Below, one piece after another: positions 32,501-39,861 of a DNA stretch of 64,000 nucleotides. Source of the DNA: a virus; the IMG/VR virus record IMGVR_UViG_3300040960_001746; one strand, given 5' to 3'. Both the position numbers and the translations under genes were made by a program. The first letter of the stretch is position 1; each line of letters opens with the position of its first letter. Under the pieces are notes generated by a model. The model made no database searches and was not told the DNA's origin. It saw nothing but the letters and a program-made list of their open reading frames with translations.

Positions 32501-33352
32501 GGTACTGACTGGATCACGACCTACATCTATGTTATCATAATTTTTAAAATATGACTGAATAGATTTTACTGCAAATCTTAAATCAATTAATAACGATTCT
32601 GGATTAATACAAGTTGATGATGATATTTGCCCTGATAATAATTTTTCTATATTATTTTGTATACTGATACTTTCATCATCAGTCCACCCAAAAGTACTCT
32701 TTAATGATCTTCTATTTTTTAACGCCTTTTTATAATTCTGATACTCACTACTGTTTCTTACATCACTCTGTATAATTTTGGCGTTAGTATAGTCTATTTG
32801 TGAGTAACCATCATACGTGGGATTTTTTTCTAACCACCCTTTAAACTCATCATCGATTTCTTTTTTTGTTCTTGAATCTATTAAATAAAATTTACCTAGT
32901 AAGTTCCAAGCGATTTTTATATAATCATTATCATAATCTCCTGATGCATCTAAAGTACCAGAAAGATTATTCTTTTTTAATTCTTTTTCAACCTTTGACA
33001 ATCTTTTTTCGTCATCACGTACCCAACGTCTAAATTTGTCACCCGATTTTTTATCTGTGATATTTTCTTTAAATTGTTTTTCTTTTTCTAATTTAATTGT
33101 TTGTTTTATTATATCAGGATCATCTTTACTTACTAAAAAATCTTTATCCATCATATTAGATGATGGATATTTTGGTGAAAATGTACCATCAGAATTTTTT
33201 TTATATATCATATTCTTTTGGACACTATCATAATCAGACCACGCGGGGTGAGTCCACATACGAATGTGTGGATTCCACATAGGGGTAACCTTTTGTTCAC
33301 TTAAAAAGACACGCCTATACTGAGATTCCGATATGATTATTTTTTTACCCAT
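29600..33352 (-). CDS. Large multidomain protein with pre-toxin (PT-TG-like) hydrophobic hairpin; candidate ejected protein
   Basis: KKIIISESQY leader; HCILDIVSIAAYAFGPVGAVVSGIVDAISAIGYVIE..NAGLTALG; second leader-like sequence at M985. Confidence 0.7.
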   Translation of the reverse strand: MGKKIIISESQYRRVFLSEQKVTPMWNPHIRMWTHPAWSDYDSVQKNMIYKKNSDGTFSPKYPSSNMMDKDFLVSKDDPDIIKQTIKLEKEKQFKENITDKKSGDKFRRWVRDDEKRLSKVEKELKKNNLSGTLDASGDYDNDYIKIAWNLLGKFYLIDSRTKKEIDDEFKGWLEKNPTYDGYSQIDYTNAKIIQSDVRNSSEYQNYKKALKNRRSLKSTFGWTDDESISIQNNIEKLLSGQISSSTCINPESLLIDLRFAVKSIQSYFKNYDNIDVGRDPVSTITGGWIKRDISKYYTNFESDEDLEKEYFEYIEKYKQLKRECPIPIKNKYDNVNVASTTYVASTTYVDNPYKNYDSNDNKPTTYQNYNSQSEVDACYRKRNELNSKYPNIIFRWREYQKIKTQEESAKKELKSLGFEVNDITLMDVRQINQIFYILEIINIHNLIIVGQSSQKEEQLCDDVVYGTGVRYEKRRDYSGGAAVLVDTPVKYNKTFSWKNVCQNRGGVFTYPTERKLEKGNTKSIGWVGNQGYCMCARNNEDVIHNKKLYEWAEVSDTRKWYDPERIGDAVKDCVTDWHCILDIVSIAAYAFGPVGAVVSGIVDAISAIGYVIEADEGWKLNAGLTALGMFGIGEGLTLAKSGVKFSNKLNDLGTIISKHVDDTGKIKNAFKLERDIANWTNRLTPAEKKLYKEFTKFNNNLKNSGGKEFLNQIDKKINDLPNPNKGILEKMFKELKPDDMKRLFDESGGDLLKMTNKYSKGVRGAVIQGTIFLGMYVYSDELGKVLHNLYEKYGLDPLGVFGEKGSSGNFDEDRLLNFNDIISNKEKVDSYIGSLGVNESDYEEENRLFLSVLEPLIKLRKETDGEVKDKLGDLYQKFLDIINGKRYKKVDIEPIVNIMVPSLDEITSMVKTSKTEEIVKLIDETIKKLDSKDKPKISKKEKTAVLVTGDINLTDEDQEEINDFINGLKENPNDIKEEKINKNMKLNEEIERIKSLFTNERLYGNLINEVCDNEDDAKNFLQDKGYIIRKPDSKDLCLGAGTNLGVIYNKYLSNTKLKFQSPNTKSGDCVLGLYAKDKGSWDNNYFLVNLFDGVDGKVFNMYFKVTDTIACTKTISIGGKNVNLIVSKKGIDTTKTPNEIGVGLTYVKLEGDWTIDSNGDVKLTNIFIVKLMDENKKGIKTFVDIPIIGEVDLTSNTGLSSEGVNSGNGEVLKDSSGNCAKIKDVLEKKLGVSFTSGISLDDLIAKITV
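32304..32343. repeat. 18-bp in-frame tandem duplication (VASTTY x2)
   Basis: acatatgtagtactagcg twice plus acat. Confidence 0.9.
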
Positions 33353-33355
33353 ATA

Positions 33356-34114
33356 TTAATTTACAGTAAATGAACCCATATCAATACCCTTAGTATTAAT
33401 TCCTTTTTTGATAGTTATTTTTTTACCATCCAATCGCATTTGATCCATTATATAATCCCTTATTCTTGGGTTAAAATACTTATTCTTTCCTATACCACCT
33501 GATTTAGAACTATCAAATATTACCTCACCTTTCTTACCTCTAAACCTATATAGGTTACCCTTAACATTTTTAATGATCATTACAACTCTACCTTTATTAT
33601 TTTTAATCTCAATTTTATCTTTATCTGCGACCTCTTTAGGTTTTTCTATTTTTAATTCCAACCAATAAATTAACTGATCAGCCTCATCACCCGCCTTAAA
33701 TATCCCTTCTTTTTGGAAAGTTTTATAATGTGTTTTTAAACACGATTCAATAGACTCAACGTCTTCAGGGTTTTCTCTTTTCCATTTTCGACTATCACCA
33801 GAACCCTCAACCTCTTTGTGTTTCTCTTTTATGTGTTTTATACAACCTCTTTTATCTAAGTTAACTTTTTCTTCTGATTTATCAGTATTTTGTTCAGTTT
33901 CTTTTGATGTGTCAGTATTTTGTTCAGTTTCTTTTGATGTGTCAGTATTTTGTTCAGTTTCGGGTTTATCGCCTGTAACTGTGATACCCTCAAGTTCTTT
34001 TGTTTCTATTTCATTTTCTTCTTGTTCCACAAGATTACCAAACATTCTTTCCTCAGTGAATAAGGACTTCATTCTGTTAAGTTCCTCATTAATGGTATTC
34101 AGTCTTTTTCTCAT
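33356..34114 (-). CDS. Hypothetical protein with leader and ETEQNTDTSK repeats
   Basis: INEELNRMKSLFTEERMFGNLVEQ leader; late motif at 34131. Confidence 0.75.
   Translation of the reverse strand: MRKRLNTINEELNRMKSLFTEERMFGNLVEQEENEIETKELEGITVTGDKPETEQNTDTSKETEQNTDTSKETEQNTDKSEEKVNLDKRGCIKHIKEKHKEVEGSGDSRKWKRENPEDVESIESCLKTHYKTFQKEGIFKAGDEADQLIYWLELKIEKPKEVADKDKIEIKNNKGRVVMIIKNVKGNLYRFRGKKGEVIFDSSKSGGIGKNKYFNPRIRDYIMDQMRLDGKKITIKKGINTKGIDMGSFTVN
33882..33961. repeat. 30-bp in-frame tandem repeat (about 2.7 copies)
   Basis: tcagtattttgttcagtttcttttgatgtg unit, encoding ETEQNTDTSK. Confidence 0.92.
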
Positions 34115-34204
34115 AATTTATGGTTTATTATATAAATATACACAAATAACAAAAAATCCCTACCAAACTAATGATAAGGATTCTTTTATAAAATTAAATA
34201 ATTT

Positions 34205-35785
34205 TTATGTTTTATGTTCATACAACCATAGTTTATTACCACAATCATATATTCTATATATTTTTCTATCGAACATAATTTGTTTTTCAGTTTTATTTTT
34301 ATCAAAACCTTCTCTAACCAACCTATTTTTTTTAAAGTTTAATCTATGATACCTCATATCATTTTTTACATACCAATAATTAGGTTTTGTTTCGTGTATA
34401 TATTTAAAACCTAAATTTTCATATAATCCACCACTAAACCATCTATTATCAGAATATGATTTTACTATTTTAGGGTTAATCTTTTTTAAGAAATACTTAA
34501 ATAATTTTGATGCCCCACCTATAACATTATAATTTATTTTATTGGAAAATCTTATTAACTCCCATTCCTCACCATTACCAATTCCATTACGTTTACCAAA
34601 AGTCATTACCGATACCAATTCATCATTGTATAACAAACCAAACTTTAATGTTGTATTTACATTACCTTGAAGATGATTTTCATCTAAAAATGTTTTACTA
34701 ATAGAAGGACTAAGTTCAACAACATCACACTTCCTACCATAAATTTTTTTATTGACAATATTAAGTCTATTTTTTAAAACAGATAAAACAATATCCTTTT
34801 TCCATAACCACTCATCTTCAAAAATATGTATTAAATCAATACCATTCTCTCTACATAGTTTTGTTTTTTCTAAATGGTAATCTTTATTAATAAAAAGTTC
34901 ATTGTGCCAATATAAACCATTAATTTCAATACCTATGTTGTGACTCGGTATAAACAAATCTATTTCTCTATTATCACCTTCTATTTTTTTATGTCTCTCA
35001 ACATCAACTCCCCACTGTGTTAATATATCATATAATTCATTTTCATATGAAGAAGATGATGACATACCAATAGGATTACAGTTTGTACATAATACATAAT
35101 TATGTTTTTTTCGTTCCCTTAATAAATTTTGGGTAATTTCATAAGAATCATTACATTTATCACAATTAATAGTTAAGGATGTTAAATCATTTGAAATATT
35201 GGTAATGTCTAACTCTTCATATCTTTCATTTATTTTTTCTTTAAGTTTTTGTCTAAACACTTCAGATTTTGAATAATTGTCTACACCATAAAGATCCATA
35301 CAAGTTTGTTTATACTTCTCAAAATTATTATATCCTATATTACCATATTTTAATAATTTAGTATGTAACATTTTTTCTTTATTATTATAATTTTCGTCAC
35401 CGTATTTTTCTTTTTTTGTATTCTTTTGTTTTTTAATGAAATCTTCAGTTTGTGTATAGTAATCTACACCATATTTTTTTTGGTTCGTATCTTTTATCCT
35501 TTTAACCATTTCAGTTTTATTACTATTGAAACAAGAAAGTGAACAAAATTCATTATACCCCCTATCTAATCTATTACTGAATTTGGTTTTTTTCCCACAA
35601 CTACAATTTGGTACTTCTGTTAGTTTATGATAATAAAACCATATCTTTTCTTTAAAGGTAGACAAGTCATAAGATGAACAATAATTTATAATCTTATTAT
35701 ATTCGTCCACATGATTTTTTGAAAACCATTTCTCATTGGTTTTATATCCTGATTTATTATCTGTAGTGAAAAAAGAAAAATCCAT
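34205..35785 (-). CDS. Hef-like free-standing homing endonuclease (Zn/KYG repeats + PD-(D/E)XK + GNAT/Mom-like C-domain), copy 1
   Basis: CSCG..FCSLSC, KKYGV repeats, EIDLFIP...IGIEINGLYWH, IHIFEDEW, ELIRF, GGASKL, RIYDCG. Confidence 0.8.
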   Translation of the reverse strand: MDFSFFTTDNKSGYKTNEKWFSKNHVDEYNKIINYCSSYDLSTFKEKIWFYYHKLTEVPNCSCGKKTKFSNRLDRGYNEFCSLSCFNSNKTEMVKRIKDTNQKKYGVDYYTQTEDFIKKQKNTKKEKYGDENYNNKEKMLHTKLLKYGNIGYNNFEKYKQTCMDLYGVDNYSKSEVFRQKLKEKINERYEELDITNISNDLTSLTINCDKCNDSYEITQNLLRERKKHNYVLCTNCNPIGMSSSSSYENELYDILTQWGVDVERHKKIEGDNREIDLFIPSHNIGIEINGLYWHNELFINKDYHLEKTKLCRENGIDLIHIFEDEWLWKKDIVLSVLKNRLNIVNKKIYGRKCDVVELSPSISKTFLDENHLQGNVNTTLKFGLLYNDELVSVMTFGKRNGIGNGEEWELIRFSNKINYNVIGGASKLFKYFLKKINPKIVKSYSDNRWFSGGLYENLGFKYIHETKPNYWYVKNDMRYHRLNFKKNRLVREGFDKNKTEKQIMFDRKIYRIYDCGNKLWLYEHKT

Positions 35786-35853
35786 ATATCTTTATTTTTT
35801 ATATAAATATACGAATTTTTTATTAGGATAAAAAGGTTATGTGAAAAAAAATT

Positions 35854-36732
35854 TTAAATTATATGTTTTTTAATTTCATCAATCACCCACTCAATATTAT
35901 TGTTGATGTCGTCTTCCCAAAACCTTAGTAAAATATAATTATTTTTTAAACACCATTCGGTTTTAATTTTATCTTTAATTAAATTATTTTTCTGATGTTC
36001 AATTACAGGTATTTTATGTTCTGTTTTTGGGTTACAGTGCCAAAAATCACCGTCAATTTCGATTAATATATTTTTTCCTTTGATTTTAAAATCGTATAAC
36101 GATTTAATTTCTCTAACGTAAAATTGTTGATAATAATCGATATTAAGATTATCCAGTAATTTACTGAAATTATTTTCTAAATTAGATATTACTGTAAATC
36201 CATTTTCTTTTATATATAAAAGTCTTTTATGACTTTGTTTTTCTTTATTCTCTTCCTTACCCCAGTATTCTCTCATACCTTCATCAAGTTTATCTAAAAC
36301 ATACTGTGGACGTTTTCTACCCTTAAGTGCCTTTGAAATTTTTTTATTCCTTTCTAAATTAGAACTTATCTTATCCCCATAATCTAACCTTTCGTCATCT
36401 TCTTTGGTTAACCCTTTATTCCATATTACAAGTTCACCTGACCCATATAACTTTCTTTGTGTATCTTTAGATTTTTTCTGTGCGTCAACATTATGCCCCC
36501 AATTATTGTTAACTCTAGACGCATGACCTCTAATATAATCTCTAAACCCTTTTTGAATTCCTAAGAATGTTGGTACCTCACCACAACCACATTTACATTC
36601 AGGTGTTTTACCTTCTAAATTATGTTTAATAAAAGTTTCTTGCGGTTTAATTTTATGTTTTTTAACATTATGAGAAGATAAACTCCATAATGTATCATAT
36701 TCCTTATCACATATTTCACATTTAAATTGCAT
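35854..36732 (-). CDS. Putative homing endonuclease: C2H2 finger + CxCGCG + NUMOD3-like + Vsr/DUF559 nuclease
   Basis: CEICD...H...H, CKCGCG, WNKGLTK, KKISKALKGR, YDF...LIEIDGDFWH, LLRFWE. Confidence 0.8.
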   Translation of the reverse strand: MQFKCEICDKEYDTLWSLSSHNVKKHKIKPQETFIKHNLEGKTPECKCGCGEVPTFLGIQKGFRDYIRGHASRVNNNWGHNVDAQKKSKDTQRKLYGSGELVIWNKGLTKEDDERLDYGDKISSNLERNKKISKALKGRKRPQYVLDKLDEGMREYWGKEENKEKQSHKRLLYIKENGFTVISNLENNFSKLLDNLNIDYYQQFYVREIKSLYDFKIKGKNILIEIDGDFWHCNPKTEHKIPVIEHQKNNLIKDKIKTEWCLKNNYILLRFWEDDINNNIEWVIDEIKKHII

Positions 36733-36739
36733 AAAAAAT

Positions 36740-36771
36740 CCCTTTTATATATAAATATATACATAAAAGGG
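36740..36771 (-). terminator. 14-bp hairpin after the tail tube gene with the late-promoter motif at its apex
   Basis: CCCTTTTATGTATA-tatt-TATATATAAAAGGG followed by ATTTTTT and the endonuclease ATG. Confidence 0.7.
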
Positions 36772-36797
36772 AAAGTCTTATATTCGATGAAGGAATC

Positions 36798-37286
36798 CTA
36801 AAATACATTTATCGCCCTATCAAACCTGAGCGTACATGTAATATCCGCCAAATCTGAAGAGGTATAATCTAATGATCCAAAATCTGCGTCATTCAATTGT
36901 GTACCTTGTAGAATCCATTTCTGAACAACAACACCTGTTGGGTCTAACATCTCTAATTCTACGTCTTTCTTATATCCCGCAGCGTAACCTTGTCTACCTG
37001 TTACTGATTCTGAGTGTAAACGTACCCATTCCATCAACGCTTGTGTTGCGGAAGGTCCAATAGGATCTCTAAATGTTACGGAAATAGATTCCCACTTAAA
37101 TCTACCAATCACATAGGTAGATGTATTTAAAAATGGAATCTCCACCTCATCACTCGTATACTTAGGTCTTGATGTTGTCGAAACCCACCATTCTTGAATC
37201 CCTAATTCATCTGGGAATCTCAAAATAAACCTATTCTTTCTTAACGGTTCGTAAGGAACAGGCATTCTCATTAATAAATCTGCCAT
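36798..37286 (-). CDS. Tail tube protein (T4 gp19-like)
   Basis: YEP.RKNRF, RP, GRFKWE.I.VTFRDPI, EW, YKKD..L.MLDP.G.VV.KW.L.G, FG.LDY. Confidence 0.93.
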   Translation of the reverse strand: MADLLMRMPVPYEPLRKNRFILRFPDELGIQEWWVSTTSRPKYTSDEVEIPFLNTSTYVIGRFKWESISVTFRDPIGPSATQALMEWVRLHSESVTGRQGYAAGYKKDVELEMLDPTGVVVQKWILQGTQLNDADFGSLDYTSSDLADITCTLRFDRAINVF

Positions 37287-37370
37287 TTTTTATAGTTTTT
37301 TAATATTTATTATTGTAAGTATCATTTTTTTTTCTTACCTTTATTAATAAATATCTTAATTTCTAAAAAA

Positions 37371-38978
37371 ATGGATTATAAAAAATTTTTTTTAACAGAT
37401 AATAAATCGGGAAATAAAACAAGAGAAGATTTTATTAAAAAAAATTATAAGGATATTTTCGATAATATTAATTTATTTGTGGAAAAAAACAAATTAAATG
37501 AAGATTTACCTTTCAAAGAAAAGGTATTTTTATTTATTCATAATATTGTAGAACAACCCAAATGTGGTAATTGTGGTAAAGAATTAAAATTTAAAAAAAG
37601 TTTAAAAGAGGGGTATGGTAGTTATTGTTCTATAAAATGTAACAATCAATCAAAAGAACAGAGAGAAAAGATAAAGAATACGTTCACAAAAAAATATGGT
37701 GGACACCCTATGAATTCTAAAAAAGTAAAAGATAAGGTTAAGAAAACAAATTTAGAAAGATATGGTGTTGATAATATGTTCAAAGACTCCAAATACATCA
37801 TAGAAAAAACTAAAGATAAATTGGGTGTTACTAATCCAAACAAGTTAGAACGTATAAAAGAAAAAAAGAGAAAAACTAATATTAGAAAATATGGGGTATC
37901 CACTAATTTAATATTAGAAAATAATAGAGAAAACAATATCTTATCAAAGTTAAAAAAATTTAATAAAAAGTATAAGTCATTAAAAATAATAAATGATAGG
38001 GGTAGTTATGTTACATTAGAATGTGATAAGTGTGAAAATAGTTATGATATCGATAGAAGTTTATTATTCTATCGTTTTGACAATAATTTAAATTGTTGTA
38101 CCATATGTAACCCTGTAAATGAATTAAGATCAATAAAGGAAAAAGAATTGTCTGATTTTATAAATGATTTAGGTTTTGATGTAACAACAAGTGATAGAGA
38201 TATATTAAATGGAAAAGAAATTGATATATTAGTTAAAGAGAAGAATATAGGTTTTGAGTTAAATGGTTTATATTATCATTGTGACTTATTCAAAGACAAA
38301 AATTATCATATTGATAAAACAAACGAGTGTAATAAAGAAGGTATACGTTTAATACATATATTTGAGGATGAATGGGACAATAAAAAAGATATTGTGAAAA
38401 GTAGAATTAAAAATCTATTGGGGTTGACAGATAATAGAATATATGGTAGAAAATGTATAATTAAAAAAGTACCTACTAAAATAAAAACTAAATTCTTAAA
38501 TGAAAATCATATACAAGGAACTGTTGGTAGTAAAATAAATTATGGTTTGTACTATGATGATGAACTTGTCTCTATAATGACATTTGGTAAAGGTCGTAAT
38601 GTTATGAATGGTTCTAACTACGAATGGGAGTTATTACGTTTTTGTAATAAAATAAACCATTCTGTTATTGGGGGTGCGTCTAAATTATTAAAACATTTTA
38701 TTAAAGAGAATAACCCAACTAATATTATTAGTTACGCTGATATAAGATGGAGTGATGGTAATCTATATAATAAATTGGGATTTGATTATAAAAACTCATC
38801 TAAACCAAACTATTACTATGTAGTTAACAAAAAAAGAGAACATAGATATAAGTTTAGAAAAGATATATTGGTTTCAGAAGGATTTGATTCAAATAAAACT
38901 GAAAAAGAAATTATGATAGAAAGAGGTTATAATAGAATATATGATTGTGGTAATTTGGTATATTCTATTTCTTTATAA
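37371..38978 (+). CDS. Hef-like free-standing homing endonuclease, copy 2 (paralogue of 34205-35785)
   Basis: Same architecture: FFLTDNKSG start, KKTNLERYGV repeats, EIDI...GFELNGLYYH, IHIFEDEW, GGASKL, RIYDCG. Confidence 0.8.
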   Translation: MDYKKFFLTDNKSGNKTREDFIKKNYKDIFDNINLFVEKNKLNEDLPFKEKVFLFIHNIVEQPKCGNCGKELKFKKSLKEGYGSYCSIKCNNQSKEQREKIKNTFTKKYGGHPMNSKKVKDKVKKTNLERYGVDNMFKDSKYIIEKTKDKLGVTNPNKLERIKEKKRKTNIRKYGVSTNLILENNRENNILSKLKKFNKKYKSLKIINDRGSYVTLECDKCENSYDIDRSLLFYRFDNNLNCCTICNPVNELRSIKEKELSDFINDLGFDVTTSDRDILNGKEIDILVKEKNIGFELNGLYYHCDLFKDKNYHIDKTNECNKEGIRLIHIFEDEWDNKKDIVKSRIKNLLGLTDNRIYGRKCIIKKVPTKIKTKFLNENHIQGTVGSKINYGLYYDDELVSIMTFGKGRNVMNGSNYEWELLRFCNKINHSVIGGASKLLKHFIKENNPTNIISYADIRWSDGNLYNKLGFDYKNSSKPNYYYVVNKKREHRYKFRKDILVSEGFDSNKTEKEIMIERGYNRIYDCGNLVYSISL

Positions 38979-39789
38979 TAATCCTTTTCTTTTTTGTATC
39001 TTTTGGATCTGAGGTATCATAAACAATAAAATTAATTTCGGGATATAAATTTTTTAATTCATCTCTAATTAAATCTTCTACCACTTCTACATTCCCTAAG
39101 TCATCGTCACTAAACCCAACACTAATACCTTCAAAATCTTCGTCATCTTTTATTTTAGATATTTGTTGTACCACTCTATCTACAAAACTCTTAAACGCAA
39201 TTTTCTTTCCTTCTTCGGGATTTGTTCCCACACTTTCTAACCCGAATTGTTTGGCGAACTCTGATGAGGATACTGGATGATAATCTTGTAGGTTTAAATA
39301 TTCGTCTATAGATAAACCATTAAGATTCTTTTCCATCTCTTTTCTTTCCACATGACTAAACGCATTATTTATGATTACTTTAATACCTTCTTTAATCGCC
39401 TGTGGTGGATTTGATCTGGCGGTGATTATAGAAAAGTCACTACCACTTATTAACGCCTCTTTAAATTTTTGGAAACTAGGTCCCATTTTATTTTGATATA
39501 ATGCTCTTTTTGTGTCTTCTATAAATGAGTCATAATCTCTGAAATCTTTAAATGATTGTGTAATATCATTATTAAGATATCTAAACTCATTACCTAACTT
39601 ATGTCTAACACTTCTAAATTGTTCTGTGGAAACTGAAACAGGTACATACGCATCCGTATTACCAATTCTATAATCTAAATGTATTCTTGTGGGCATAATT
39701 AATATGTTATCATCCCAATCAAACGAATACGCCTTTTTCTTAAATTCTTTTAATAATTTATATTGTGATTCTGTAAGTTTAATATTCAT
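38965..39789 (-). CDS. HAD-superfamily phosphatase-like protein with leader; start revised to 39789
   Basis: Motif I FDWDDNI, motif II ITAR, motif III K, motif IV GFSDDD..N; MNIKLTESQY start lies just after the late motif (39794-39801), while the longer ORF runs through a terminator. Confidence 0.75.
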   Translation of the reverse strand: MNIKLTESQYKLLKEFKKKAYSFDWDDNILIMPTRIHLDYRIGNTDAYVPVSVSTEQFRSVRHKLGNEFRYLNNDITQSFKDFRDYDSFIEDTKRALYQNKMGPSFQKFKEALISGSDFSIITARSNPPQAIKEGIKVIINNAFSHVERKEMEKNLNGLSIDEYLNLQDYHPVSSSEFAKQFGLESVGTNPEEGKKIAFKSFVDRVVQQISKIKDDEDFEGISVGFSDDDLGNVEVVEDLIRDELKNLYPEINFIVYDTSDPKDTKKKRIIIKK

Positions 39790-39813
39790 ATAATATAAAT
39801 ATTGTCGGATCAT

Positions 39814-39840
39814 AAAAAACCCCCACATAAGTGAGGGTTT
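39814..39840 (-). terminator. Intrinsic terminator after tail sheath
   Basis: Minus strand AAACCCTCAC-ttat-GTGGGGGTTTTTT. Confidence 0.8.
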
Positions 39841-39861
39841 AATTTAACTATTTTTATTTTT

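Noticed and set aside
33882-33961. 30-bp repeats as a mini CRISPR array
   Set aside because: Head-to-tail with no unique spacers, in frame within a CDS, no cas genes
39790-39828. ORF-track N-terminal extensions (39828, also 58093, 58487, 59100)
   Set aside because: They run through terminators, promoter motifs or the upstream gene; downstream ATGs (39789, 58063, 58553, 59118) fit better
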